From: Minisyncoccota bacterium
GTDB lineage: Bacteria > Patescibacteriota > Minisyncoccia > Phycocordibacterales > GWA1-40-21
Length of the DNA: 64,000 bases
NCBI GenBank assembly: GCA_041659365.1
Contig: JBAZYH010000004.1
Coordinates: 164 to 64,163 of the forward strand
Direction: 5' to 3'
In this document: positions 37,274 to 47,730 of the stretch, piece by piece
Layout of the letters: each line of letters starts with the position of its first letter
How positions within the stretch are numbered: position 1 is the first letter of the stretch
The notes under the pieces: model-generated
What the model saw: the letters and a program-made list of their open reading frames with translations, nothing else
What the model was told of the DNA's origin: nothing
The model's database searches: none
Position numbers and translations under genes: made by a program

Positions 37274-38443
37274 TTATTTCTTGTTACGTCTCAAGAAAGC
37301 TGGAACAGCACCCCAATCATCCTCATCTTCTATTTTGGAGTCACTTTTCAATTCGTTAATATTTATTGGTTCTGGCTTTGTTTCTTTTTCTTGTTCAGAA
37401 GATGAACTAAAAATACTAGTTTTCTTTTCTTCTTCAATCTTTGGTGATGCTCCTACCATTGATTGGAATAAGGTTTTCTTTGCTGGTGCATCTGTAAAAC
37501 CGGAGGCAATAACCGTTATTTTGATTTCTCCCTTTTTAAGTTTATCACTATATACTGTACCAAAAATAACTTTTGCATTTGGATCAATCGATTCTGTAAT
37601 AATTTTTGCTGCATCTTGTATTTCAAAAAGAGTTAGGTCGTCACCTCCTGCTATAGAAAAGAGAACTCCTTTTGCGCCATTTATTGAGACTTCAAGGAGG
37701 GGTGAGTTGATAGCCATTTTTGCTGCTTCTTCTGCTCTTTTTTCTCCTGATGCAAAACCAATACCCATAAGTGCTGAACCTGCATTTTCTATGACAGCTC
37801 TTATATCTGCGAAGTCTATATTTATGGTTCCTGGTGTCGTAATTAAGTCTGAGATACCCTCAACTGCTTGTTTTAATATATCATCACAAATTGCGAAAGC
37901 TGACTTTGCTGTTGTATCCTTTGTAACCATAGTCATAAGTCTGTCGTTTGGTACTACTATGATAGCGTCAACATTATTTCTAAGTTCATCTATAGCTTGA
38001 CTTGCTATTCTGTTTCTCTGTAAACCTTCAAACATAAAAGGTCTTGTAACTACAGCGATAGTAAGTATTCCAAGTTCTTTTGCAATTTTTGCTATGATAG
38101 GGGCAGCACCACTGTATGTTCCTCCACCAGCTCCACCAGCAACAAAAACCATATCAGCACCTTTTAGCGCTTCTTGTATTTCTTCTTTTGTTTCTTCCGC
38201 AGCTCTTTTACCGAGTTCAGGGTTCATTCCTGTACCGAGTCCTTTCGTAAGATTTTTTCCTATATGAATTTTTCTTGGTGATAGGGAATTGTGAAGATCT
38301 TGTGCGTCTGTATTTACTGCAATAAACTCAACACCTTTAACCTTTGAGTTAATCATGTGATTGAGTGCATTTTTTCCTGAACCTCCTGTTCCTATTACCT
38401 TTATTCTTGCAAAAGTTTCTACATCTGGTTTGATTTGTGGCAT
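37274..38443 (-). CDS. ftsZ: Cell division protein FtsZ
   Basis: NTDAQDL, GAGGGTYSG tubulin-like loop, INIDFAD, C-terminal VPAFLRR; start taken at ATG 38443. Confidence 0.97.
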   Translation of the reverse strand: MPQIKPDVETFARIKVIGTGGSGKNALNHMINSKVKGVEFIAVNTDAQDLHNSLSPRKIHIGKNLTKGLGTGMNPELGKRAAEETKEEIQEALKGADMVFVAGGAGGGTYSGAAPIIAKIAKELGILTIAVVTRPFMFEGLQRNRIASQAIDELRNNVDAIIVVPNDRLMTMVTKDTTAKSAFAICDDILKQAVEGISDLITTPGTINIDFADIRAVIENAGSALMGIGFASGEKRAEEAAKMAINSPLLEVSINGAKGVLFSIAGGDDLTLFEIQDAAKIITESIDPNAKVIFGTVYSDKLKKGEIKITVIASGFTDAPAKKTLFQSMVGASPKIEEEKKTSIFSSSSEQEKETKPEPININELKSDSKIEDEDDWGAVPAFLRRNKK

Positions 38444-38832
38444 TTTTTTCTGATTGGCTTTCAGCACAAGTTATTTTTTCTACTGGAAAAATCCATTAGA
38501 TGCAACAACTTTTTGCATTGAGCAAAAATTAATAACTAATCCCGTTTAAAGTCCATGCAAACTTTTTTACGGGTACTAATAAAAACGAACTTATTTCTTT
38601 CTTAGCCTCAATAATAACAGAATATTCAAAAAAAAGAAAACAGTTGTCACTAGGCACTTTTTGTGCTCAAAAAGTGCCTAAATAAGTGGAAAGTTTGTAA
38701 AGTTTATAAAGTAAAAAGTAATGAAAAATACTGGATTCCCCCTCTTAAGGCGGGCAGGCTGTCTGCACGGGAATGACAATACAAAAACATAAAAAAAGGA
38801 TCCCCGTGGTGAGGACCCTTGTTTGAAAGTGT

Positions 38833-39057
38833 TTATTTCTTCCTTAAAATTGCTATGATGCCAATCAGGATGAAGAAACACTCTAATACGATTACTGGCC
38901 ATGCTTTTGCGGGCAGGAGACTGATGGCGATTGCTGCGGCTGCAATAATCTGAACCAGATTATACAACCTGCCTGTTGCCTCAATCTTCTTGTTAACGAC
39001 CAACGCGTAGTTGACCAGAAACATTACCATGCCAACCCAACCGATGATAGTGAACAT
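38833..39057 (-). CDS. Small 3-TM membrane protein (CBU_0592-like)
   Basis: AAGGAG SD before ATG 39057; IIGWVG..NYAL..LYNL. Confidence 0.7.
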   Translation of the reverse strand: MFTIIGWVGMVMFLVNYALVVNKKIEATGRLYNLVQIIAAAAIAISLLPAKAWPVIVLECFFILIGIIAILRKK

Positions 39058-39365
39058 GTGAAGCTCCTTTTGTTGAAAAAATCGAAGTTGCTTATCCTTA
39101 TAAAGTATAGCACATATGATTATAAAAGTCAAGTATTTTGTATTTTCTTTATTTAATTAACAAGATAGGCTTATAAAATAAGGATATATTTAGATAGAAT
39201 ATTGAATGTTGAATGTAGAAGAATAAAAAACAGATATGGACCCCATTCCTCAATAGTATAATAGAAAATTCTGGATTCCCGTCTGCACGGGAATGACACA
39301 ATACATAGTTGCATTATTTTCAGGGGGGGGGTAAAATTATGGTATTAGTAAAGTAATTATATTTT

Positions 39366-39737
39366 ATGGAAAAAATACCACAAAATCAAACAGATGTTCC
39401 AGTGGCTGAAACAAAAGCTGAAGAACAGAAATTAGAATGGGGACCAGAACTTGGTAGAATGTCTTGGTACGACGCTGAAAATAAGATTGCAGAATTAAAT
39501 GCAGGTTTATTAGAAGGAGAAAAGCCATGGCGATTACCGACAAAAGATGAATTAGTTGCTGAGTTTAACAAAGCAGGTAAAACCCCTATCGATTTCCAAG
39601 ACGACTACTATTGGTCTGGTACCGCACTTACATATGATTTGGAAGATAGCGACCATTTTCATATAGTCAGTATGGACAAGGCCTATGTGTACCACGACGA
39701 AAAGGGTGTCGAATACTATATTCGTTTGGTTCGTTAG
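39366..39737 (+). CDS. DUF1566/Lcl C-terminal-like domain protein
   Basis: MSWYDA, WRLPTKDEL, YYWS, IRLVR. Confidence 0.8.
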   Translation: MEKIPQNQTDVPVAETKAEEQKLEWGPELGRMSWYDAENKIAELNAGLLEGEKPWRLPTKDELVAEFNKAGKTPIDFQDDYYWSGTALTYDLEDSDHFHIVSMDKAYVYHDEKGVEYYIRLVR

Positions 39738-39952
39738 TATTTATCTTTTATTGTATTCACACTAGCGAGAGAAGCTGAACATTTTGAATTCACCAAGGTC
39801 CCACCTTGTCAAAAAATAGCCTTGCGGGAGCAGGGTTATTTTTGTGTATAAATACAAACCTGGATTGCCACGCTTCGCTCGCAATGACAATACAAAAAAG
39901 TAAGAAGATTTTACTTTATGAACTTTACAAACTTTATGAACTTTCTACTTAA

Positions 39953-41152
39953 CTAGGGGAGAAACTGCTGACACCACCCACTAACTCCTTTGTAAAGATT
40001 TTTGACAGAGATACCTAAACCAAAAGATGTGTTGGGTAATGAATTGTCTTTATTTTTTAGTCCAAACATTGATAGACCATATGCAACTGACCAAGTGGAA
40101 TCTTTTAACTCACTATTTTTAATGTTACTTATTAGATTAATAGATGCAATTTTTGATGGGAGTTTAAGTGAAGCTCTAGCGATATCTTCTATTGTTTCTA
40201 TTCCAGAACCACCACCAGTAAGAATAATACCAGCTGGCAAAAGGCCACTTCTTCCAATCTTTTTTAGATGAGACTCTATCAAATCAAAAATATCAGAAAG
40301 TCTTGCTAATATAATTTCATCAAGTTTCTTTTTAGGATACTGCATTTCACTGGCTGTTCCGATTTTGATATTTTCGGCTTCATTTATTGGGATTCTAAAA
40401 CCAAGAGCAATGTCATTTGTTATGTCGTTGCTTCCTATAGGGAATACCTCAAGTGATATTGGTATGTTGTTTTCAAATACAACTAGAGATACTGTTTCTG
40501 ATCCAATATTTGCAAGTACACAGCCAGCTATTTTTTGGGTCTTTGTAAGATTCACTATACTAGCCGCTATAGGCGAGGCAATTACATCGATTACATCTAT
40601 ACCAGCTTCTTCTACTGCTTTAACTAAGTCATTTAGATGTTGTTCAAGACAAACAATAAATAATACTCTCGCTTCGAGTTTTGTTCCGTGCATTCCAGCT
40701 GGTCTTCCCATGAGTAGCTGGCCATCAATCTTGTAGGCTATTGGAATAGAATAAACAATTTTTTTGTTTATTAATATATTTTGAGGGAGCTCACTTTCTA
40801 CTACAGCAAGTACATTTCTAACATCGAGGTCTGTAATTTCAGAATCTGCTTTTGATATCATTACTGAACCCTTACCTATAACTGAACTTAGGCTGATACC
40901 TCCTATAGATATATAGGCTTTCTTGATTTTGATTTTTGACTCTCTTTCTGCTTGTTTAACGGCGGTATTAATACATTTTGTAACATCATCCATATTAATG
41001 ATGTATCCATGCCTTAAACCTTTTGATTCTGCATATCCAGTACCTATTATGTTTGAAGAATATGAGTTGTCTTCTTGTTTGATACTTTCAGTAACAACCA
41101 CTTTTATTTGGTATGTTCCTATATCTATTCCTACTGAAATTTTTCTTGACAT
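39953..41152 (-). CDS. ftsA: Cell division protein FtsA
   Basis: VGIDIGT, GSNDITNDIA, ILTGGGS; start taken at ATG 41152. Confidence 0.95.
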   Translation of the reverse strand: MSRKISVGIDIGTYQIKVVVTESIKQEDNSYSSNIIGTGYAESKGLRHGYIINMDDVTKCINTAVKQAERESKIKIKKAYISIGGISLSSVIGKGSVMISKADSEITDLDVRNVLAVVESELPQNILINKKIVYSIPIAYKIDGQLLMGRPAGMHGTKLEARVLFIVCLEQHLNDLVKAVEEAGIDVIDVIASPIAASIVNLTKTQKIAGCVLANIGSETVSLVVFENNIPISLEVFPIGSNDITNDIALGFRIPINEAENIKIGTASEMQYPKKKLDEIILARLSDIFDLIESHLKKIGRSGLLPAGIILTGGGSGIETIEDIARASLKLPSKIASINLISNIKNSELKDSTWSVAYGLSMFGLKNKDNSLPNTSFGLGISVKNLYKGVSGWCQQFLP

Positions 41153-41441
41153 AATATTATTAGTAAAAACTTTTACCATTTAATTATATCAAAGACATTT
41201 TTTAATAGCGAGAGAAAATTATAAAAAACTGTTTATTACTTATTTTAATTAAGTTTTTAGGTTATAGGTTTTAGGTTCAAGAAAAAAACTGGATTGCTTC
41301 GCTTTGCTCGCAAAGACAATAAAAAACACGAAAGAGTTTTATAAAACTCTTTCGTGTGTCTTTGCGAGCAAAGCGAAGCAATCCAGGGTTGTATTTAATG
41401 AATCATGGATTCCGGTCTTCACCAGAACAACACAAGAAAAA

Positions 41442-41834
41442 CTAAATCTTAAAAAATTTTCTATATTTAATTTCTTCTTTTTCCATTTCTTCACCATGGT
41501 CGTATCCCTTGAGGTGAACTAATCCGTGTATAAATAAGAATGGTAGGAAATTAATATATGTCCTTTCAAATTTCGGAGCCTTCTTTTTTGCAATTTCTTG
41601 GCAAATAAATATTTCACCGACTTCTTTTTCTATAGGAAAACTCAAAATATCAGTAGGGGAATCTACTTTTCTGTATGTTTTGTTTAGAGAATGAATTTTT
41701 TTCTTTCCAATAAAAGTAAGGTTTAATTCATACTTCTTTCCTAATATCTTTTCTTTGAACTCGACAAAAGGCAAGCTTGGAAGCTTGCCTTTTGTTTTAT
41801 TAATTATTGAAAATTTTTCAGAACTCCCTGACAT
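41442..41834 (-). CDS. ybeY: rRNA maturation endoribonuclease YbeY
   Basis: PTDILSFP and HGLVHLKGYDH. Confidence 0.95.
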   Translation of the reverse strand: MSGSSEKFSIINKTKGKLPSLPFVEFKEKILGKKYELNLTFIGKKKIHSLNKTYRKVDSPTDILSFPIEKEVGEIFICQEIAKKKAPKFERTYINFLPFLFIHGLVHLKGYDHGEEMEKEEIKYRKFFKI

Positions 41835-42082
41835 TATTTTCTTTTTTGTTGATTCTCTCTTTCTACCATCTTTCCCATCTTTATAAGATTTTCTACTTCG
41901 GCTTTTTTACCAAGTGCAGATAGTTTGTTTATCTTTGTTTTATATGGAGAAAGTTTTCTACCAGAGTATCTTATAGATCTTACTCTTGGAAGTATTCCTG
42001 AACCCTGAACCTTTTTGGTAAAGCGTCTAAGTATACTTGCGTTACTTTCATTACTATTTTTTTCTACCTCAATATTTATCAT
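41834..42082 (-). CDS. rpsU: Ribosomal protein bS21-like
   Basis: NES..SILRRFTKKVQGSGIL pattern; basic. Confidence 0.7.
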   Translation of the reverse strand: MINIEVEKNSNESNASILRRFTKKVQGSGILPRVRSIRYSGRKLSPYKTKINKLSALGKKAEVENLIKMGKMVERENQQKRK

Positions 42083-42129
42083 ATGTGTTTAGGATATTAA
42101 CATTTTTAAATTGAAAAAGCAACAGTCTT

Positions 42130-43338
42130 TTATTCAGATAATTTTTTGATATATTCTGCTAAATCTTTTATTGGTATTGTTTTCTGTGTCCTAGTTGAAT
42201 TTTCTCTTACCATTACTGAATTTTCTAATGACTCTTTTTTACCCATTATTATTACATAAGGTACTTTTGTCTTTTCAACTAATGCAAACTGACTTCCAAA
42301 CTTATCTCTACCAAGCATGTGGTGTACAAAAACTTTTTCTTTTTTTAGTGTTTCTATAACATCAAGGCTTTTGTGTTTTGCCTCATCACCAAGCTGTATG
42401 TAAAAGGCGATTGGTTTTGTAATTTTTGATATTTTTTTAATTGTTGCCTTTTTCTTTAAAAATATTTTTATTCCTGCACATGGTATGTCTTTTTTGTTTC
42501 CTATTTTTTGTGCAAAACCATCATTTCTAAAACCAACAGCAAGTATTTCTTCATTTGATGCATCTTTTATTTTATATATGGTACCAAAACAGTATTTTTT
42601 ATCTGGGACGAGACAGTTGTTTATTTTATAAGGAATTTCCATTGTCTCTATATATTCTAAAATTTCTTTGAAATGTAATCTGCTTTCATCAGATAAACAA
42701 CTTATGGATGTCGGTGACGCGTCCTTTATCTTGGCACAATCACATTCTTCACATGACAAAACATAAAAAGGATCTTTTTTAAAATTCTGTCTACAATGTG
42801 CTGGTAGTGAGTTTAGATTTTTTTTAAAATAATTTACTAATTCTTTTGAAAATTTATTTACTGATTCTTTGTCACCAATAGTATTGATTTCTATTGAGAA
42901 ATCTTTGTAGCCATTGTCTTTAAGTATAGATAAAGTTGTTTTGATAAGAAGTGCTTCGGCTATACTCTTTTCTGTACCCATCACTTCAAGGTTTATAGTG
43001 TCTTTTGCACGCTCTTTAATATTTGTACTTTCATGCATAAGCATTATTGGTTGTGACTGAGAAGACATTTCATTTTCAATGTACCATCTTATTAGAGAAG
43101 CTCTTTCTTCTGCAAAAGTTTGTGAGAATATCCAAGACAAATCATTGTTTTTTGAAAAGCTGTCTTTTAGGGGTGATACTTTGTTTATGTCCTCTTTGGA
43201 TATTTGAAGATTTTTTATTGGTGTAAAACCGTAGTAGATTACAGCTTCTGAGTTTTTATTTATAGGAAGAAACTCGATAAACTTTGATGAGTCTTTTTCT
43301 TTTTTGAGTTTTTTTTCTGCTTTTTTATCTTTTTTCAT
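42130..43338 (-). CDS. Divergent histidyl-tRNA synthetase-like protein with anticodon-binding domain
   Basis: HisRS-like CLSDESRLHF..IPYKIN and C-terminal YVIIMGKKE..VMVRE; catalytic motifs degenerate. Confidence 0.7.
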   Translation of the reverse strand: MKKDKKAEKKLKKEKDSSKFIEFLPINKNSEAVIYYGFTPIKNLQISKEDINKVSPLKDSFSKNNDLSWIFSQTFAEERASLIRWYIENEMSSQSQPIMLMHESTNIKERAKDTINLEVMGTEKSIAEALLIKTTLSILKDNGYKDFSIEINTIGDKESVNKFSKELVNYFKKNLNSLPAHCRQNFKKDPFYVLSCEECDCAKIKDASPTSISCLSDESRLHFKEILEYIETMEIPYKINNCLVPDKKYCFGTIYKIKDASNEEILAVGFRNDGFAQKIGNKKDIPCAGIKIFLKKKATIKKISKITKPIAFYIQLGDEAKHKSLDVIETLKKEKVFVHHMLGRDKFGSQFALVEKTKVPYVIIMGKKESLENSVMVRENSTRTQKTIPIKDLAEYIKKLSE

Positions 43339-43396
43339 TTGATCTTGTAAGATTATTTGGAACGCGACATAAACTAAATTAATTTCTTTATTTTTA

Positions 43397-44005
43397 TTAA
43401 TAATTATTGTGTTCTCCTGGTAGTATTGAAATATTTGTTAAGGGAAAAAGTCTGACGAGAGCTCTTCCTTTTATATTTTCTTCTGGAAGGGTGCCCCAAA
43501 ATCTTGAGTCTGAACTATTGTGTCTGTTGTCTCCCATAACAAAGTATTCGTTTGCCCCCAATTCATTTTTTTGATTAATTTCTGAAAAGATCTCTGAGTT
43601 TGGTGATAATTTATCTATATATGCATATGGCTCGTCTAGTAGCATCCCTTCGGGATTTTTGTCATTATAAATCTTTACCGTGTCTCCAACTATCTCGACA
43701 GTTTCTCCAGGTAAACCTATTATTCTCTTGATAAAATAAACTGTCTTGTTTGTATCGTAATGTGATGTTTCTAGCCCTCTAGGTGGAACTTTAAATACGA
43801 TTACATCTCCTCTTTGTGGTATATCAAATCTGTAAGATACCTCGTCTACTATTAGGTAGTTTCCATCACTAAAAGTTTGACTCATTGATTCTCCAGATAC
43901 GACAAAAGGCTGTGCTATAAAAACCCTAATAGGAATAACTATTGCGAGAGAAAGGGCAACTACGCTCACTATCTCTTGAAAAGACTTTTTTATTGATGAT
44001 TGCAT
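43397..44005 (-). CDS. lepB: Signal peptidase I
   Basis: VSGESM, FIKRIIGLPGE, GDNRHNSSDSR. Confidence 0.96.
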   Translation of the reverse strand: MQSSIKKSFQEIVSVVALSLAIVIPIRVFIAQPFVVSGESMSQTFSDGNYLIVDEVSYRFDIPQRGDVIVFKVPPRGLETSHYDTNKTVYFIKRIIGLPGETVEIVGDTVKIYNDKNPEGMLLDEPYAYIDKLSPNSEIFSEINQKNELGANEYFVMGDNRHNSSDSRFWGTLPEENIKGRALVRLFPLTNISILPGEHNNY

Positions 44006-44114
44006 TTGAATGTTATTCTATTACTAAAAACCGTTTGACACAAGCTATTTTTATATTTTATAATTTTATGGTCTATTTTACACTTTTATCTTTTTACCTT
44101 AATATATACCTTAT

Positions 44115-44741
44115 ATGAACTATATAATTGTTGGTCTTGGTAACCCAGGACAAGAATATGAAGATACAAGGCATAATACTGGCTGGATGGCGGTAGATGC
44201 TCTAGTCAAAAGAATTTCCGCCAAAGGCGGATCCGCCTCTGGCGGAGGTGCGGAAGAATGGAAAGAAGATAAGAAAATTAAATCTGAAACGGCAAAAGCA
44301 AAAATAGGTAAAAATACTGCTTTACTTATAAAACCAAAAACTTTTATGAATAAGTCGGGCGATGCTGTAAGAAGTTTGGTAAAAACAAAAAAAGTGGCAG
44401 AGACTTTGGTAGTTGTTCATGATGATATGGATATACCTTTTGGTAAGATTAAATTATCTTTTAATAAAAGTTCTGGTGGGCACAGGGGAGTCGAGTCTAT
44501 TATAAAAGCTGTAAAGACGGAAGGTTTTATAAGGATGAGAGTTGGTATCTGTCCGACTACCGCGAGTGGTAAATTAAAAAAGCCACAAGGAGAAGAGGCT
44601 GTGATAAAACTTATTCTTGATAAAATTAAAGCAAAGGATTTGGATGATTGGAAGAAAATAATGAAAAGAGCAGGTGAGGGGCTTGAACTTATAGTTAGTG
44701 AGGGGAAGGATAAGGCGATGGGTTATATAAATAGTTTATAA
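44115..44741 (+). CDS. pth: Peptidyl-tRNA hydrolase with a 10-aa palindromic insertion
   Basis: VGLGNPG, TRHNTG, FMNKSG, VVHDD, GGHRG. Confidence 0.95.
   Translation: MNYIIVGLGNPGQEYEDTRHNTGWMAVDALVKRISAKGGSASGGGAEEWKEDKKIKSETAKAKIGKNTALLIKPKTFMNKSGDAVRSLVKTKKVAETLVVVHDDMDIPFGKIKLSFNKSSGGHRGVESIIKAVKTEGFIRMRVGICPTTASGKLKKPQGEEAVIKLILDKIKAKDLDDWKKIMKRAGEGLELIVSEGKDKAMGYINSL
44217..44246. repeat. 30-nt palindromic element in frame in pth (encodes SAKGGSASGG)
   Basis: TCCGCCAAAGGCGGA-TCCGCCTCTGGCGGA; related units at 2566 and 51130. Confidence 0.85.
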
Positions 44742-45068
44742 AGTTAAAAGTTCATAAAGTTCATAAAGTAAATAGAAAAGGGGTTTTCGCTTTGCGAAAA
44801 CCCCCTTTTGTATTTAATAAAACTAAGGTGAGGCCTTGAATCTTTAAAAAGGCGTCTCCTTAGTTTTATGTATTGTCATTCCCTTGAAGAAGGGAATCCA
44901 TTGCGCGTCATTGCGAGGTACGAAGCAATCCAGGTTTAATTAATTAGTCTCGTTTTTCAAAAAAAATAACACACAATTTTAACCTGGATTGCGACGTCAG
45001 AGTACTTCCTCGCAAAGACATACAAAAAAATGGATTCCTGCCTACGTGGGAATGATAAATCTAATACA

Positions 45069-45097
45069 TTGACAAATTACAATACAGCGTGTATAAT
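45069..45097 (+). promoter_or_regulatory. Perfect-consensus sigma70 promoter
   Basis: TTGACA-N17-TATAAT. Confidence 0.75.
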
Positions 45098-45227
45098 TAT
45101 ATATAATATAGTTCTTTAATAAAAACAGTTAGTCATAGCCAAAAGTCTTTAGAATATTGAGGTCTCTTGGCTATGACTACTACTGTTGTAGATCAAGCAA
45201 AACACAAAAAAGAAAGGATGATGACAA

Positions 45228-45902
45228 GTGAAAAACACACTCGTTACATCTCTGAATGGTCAAGTGCAAGCGATCATTGATATGGTCGGCATTGCAGCGA
45301 TGAACACGGTTAGAATCCGAAGTGAAGAACTCACTACGGCAGCTCGTCAGCGAGTGCTCGCTCAAGGTGACAAGTTTACCATTGAGCTATCAGCGTTTAT
45401 CACTGCCAAGATGGCTGAACTCGCCGAACAAGTTATTGGCTATCTCAAACTCATCTCCGGCGACGAAACCATCATAATCGGCGAAACCGATGGCACAGAC
45501 ACAATCGCTCTTGCGAGGGACGTGTTTACAGGTTGGGTTGACCCTGACTTCGTGAACTACGGTACAGACGTCAAAGGCCAACCGACCAAGGAAACGAAAG
45601 TACAAGTTCTAGAGATGATCAAGGACGGCAACCTCGCTCAGATCTTTGGTGGTTTTGGTGAGAATCTCGACCGCTTATGCTTGTCGCAAAGTCAAATTAT
45701 CCGTTTTGTGAAGGATCACAGTAAGTGGCTCCTCACGGGTAGTAATCATGGAACTTTCTTTTTATTCAAGGTACAAGGAGAGTTCTTTATCGCGGACGTG
45801 CTTTTGGGTGAGAGTATTATCGGTGTAGATGCTCGACATTTGTTGGATGGCGTTGTCTGGGATGCTGATCGTCGCCGTCGTGTTGTGGTTCCACAATTGT
45901 GA
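45228..45902 (+). CDS. Hypothetical protein, GC-richer than its flanks
   Basis: 224-aa ORF, GTG start after AAAGGA, own promoter. Confidence 0.75.
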   Translation: MKNTLVTSLNGQVQAIIDMVGIAAMNTVRIRSEELTTAARQRVLAQGDKFTIELSAFITAKMAELAEQVIGYLKLISGDETIIIGETDGTDTIALARDVFTGWVDPDFVNYGTDVKGQPTKETKVQVLEMIKDGNLAQIFGGFGENLDRLCLSQSQIIRFVKDHSKWLLTGSNHGTFFLFKVQGEFFIADVLLGESIIGVDARHLLDGVVWDADRRRRVVVPQL

Positions 45903-46240
45903 CACTCAGTCACTTTTCTTGTACAGCTCGTTTATCTTTCTACTTCGGTGGACTGATAAACGAGCTGTTTTTGCTTCTGCAGAAGCATGTCGCGTAGTGT
46001 CCATTGAAACGCGACATAAATTAATAGACAATTTCCTTATATAAATTTTATACTCATCTACGCCATGGCGTAGATGAGCATTTTTGTTTGAGTTGTCTTT
46101 GCGAGCGAATGCGAAGCAATCCAGGATTGTATTTTATTTTAAATTAATTAATTAACCTGGATTGCTACGGGGTACCTCGCAATGACAATACAAAAGTGGA
46201 TTATTTTTTTATCAAAATTTTAATTTTTAAGATAAATTAC

Positions 46241-46271
46241 AAAAGGCGCGCCCCGAAGGGGCGCGTCTTTT
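46241..46271 (-). terminator. Intrinsic terminator downstream of rpsA
   Basis: AAAAGGCGCGCCC-CGAA-GGGGCGCGTCTTTT hairpin flanked by A/T runs. Confidence 0.7.
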
Positions 46272-46310
46272 AGTTTGTATTTACTTTATAAACTTTCTAC
46301 TTTTAACTTT

Positions 46311-47450
46311 TTACTTCTTTGTTTCTTCTTTATTTTCAAAACTCAATCCCATCTTTTGATTCTTTGGTTCAAAGACGTTTATTTTGAAAGAATAGTTTTT
46401 ACCCAAACTTATTTTTTCTTTCATCTTTGCTTCAGAACCGAAATCTGATACGTGTACAAGTCCTGCTACTCCTTCTTCGATACTTGCAAGCGCACCGTAT
46501 TTATTGAATTTGATAACAACAGCTTCAACAACATCTCCTTTCTTATACTTCTTTTCTGCTTCAAGCCAAGGGTTTGTCTTAAGTGCTTTTATAGATAGGG
46601 ATATTTTACCATCTTTGATATCTATAACTTTGACTTTTACTTTGTCTCCGATTTTGAATAGTGTTCTTGGGTCTTCAACAAGTATCCAATCTATTTCTGA
46701 AATATGTACAAGTCCTTCAAGTCCATCTTCAATTTTTACGAATACTCCGAAGTCTACAGCACCAGTGATTTCTCCTTCAAAAGTATCTCCAACTTTGTAT
46801 TTATCTGTAGCCTTTTGTTTCTCTTTCTTTTCAAGATTCTTTTCTGAGAATATTAGCTTACCTTCTTTTGGTGAAGCTGTAATCATTGCAACAGAAATTT
46901 TCTGTCCAACAAGTTTTTTAAGTTCTTCAAGAATTCTATCTTTGTCTCCATCTTCAACTTTAGGATAATGTTCAGAACCAAGTTGTGATGCTGGTAGGAA
47001 ACCGATAATACCTTGCCATGTGATAATAAGACCTCCTTTGTTTGCTTCCTGAACTGGAAGTTCAAAAATTCTTTTATCTCTAATAGCCTTTTCTGCTTCA
47101 TCCCAAATAAGAGCTTGTCTCGCTTCTTTAAGAGAAAGTTCTATATAACCTTCATCGTTTATGGTGCTTACTATTTTAGCTGAAACTGTATCTCCAATAT
47201 TTATTTTTCTTATAACATCTCTTGCTGTTATAAATTCCTTTCCATATATAAGACCAGTACCGTATGGTTGTAAGTCTACATATACTCTTGATTTTTCTAT
47301 ACCAATAACGGCACCTTCAATAACTTCTCCGCTCATTGGAGGGTTTTTTGTATCATTGAAAATCTTTGCCATTAAGCTATCTTTTTTAGCTTTAGCTTTT
47401 TCTTCTGATATAGAATCTACTTCTGTTGATTTAATTTCTTTATCTTTCAT
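46311..47450 (-). CDS. rpsA: Ribosomal protein S1 (four S1 domains)
   Basis: GFLPASQL, DFGVFVKI..EGLVHISEI, YGALASI..GLVHVS. Confidence 0.92.
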   Translation of the reverse strand: MKDKEIKSTEVDSISEEKAKAKKDSLMAKIFNDTKNPPMSGEVIEGAVIGIEKSRVYVDLQPYGTGLIYGKEFITARDVIRKINIGDTVSAKIVSTINDEGYIELSLKEARQALIWDEAEKAIRDKRIFELPVQEANKGGLIITWQGIIGFLPASQLGSEHYPKVEDGDKDRILEELKKLVGQKISVAMITASPKEGKLIFSEKNLEKKEKQKATDKYKVGDTFEGEITGAVDFGVFVKIEDGLEGLVHISEIDWILVEDPRTLFKIGDKVKVKVIDIKDGKISLSIKALKTNPWLEAEKKYKKGDVVEAVVIKFNKYGALASIEEGVAGLVHVSDFGSEAKMKEKISLGKNYSFKINVFEPKNQKMGLSFENKEETKK

Positions 47451-47730
47451 AATTAAAATAATCCGCTCGAGGCGGACAATGTTTGTACGCCAAAAAGTTT
47501 CGTGGTTTTTAATAAAATTAAAACACTACGAGGTTAGCTTTTTGTGCAACCTAATAACAGAATTGAGTTTACTATACTAATTTATTATTGTAAAGGTTCG
47601 CTCGCTGATACAAATATGATAAAAAACGAGGAGACACCTTTTTGAGGATTTAAGGTCTCACCTCGTTTTTATTAGTTTATTAATAATTTCATTGATTCGG
47701 CTCGTGTTATTTGATACAATAATCGACATT

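Noticed and set aside
37266-38000. 244-aa plus-strand ORF and similar antisense ORFs over ftsA, rpsA, terminase, tsaD and marR
   Set aside because: Shadow frames antisense to well-supported genes
39366-39737. Diversity-generating retroelement target
   Set aside because: The domain type is compatible, but no reverse transcriptase or template repeat was seen in the window
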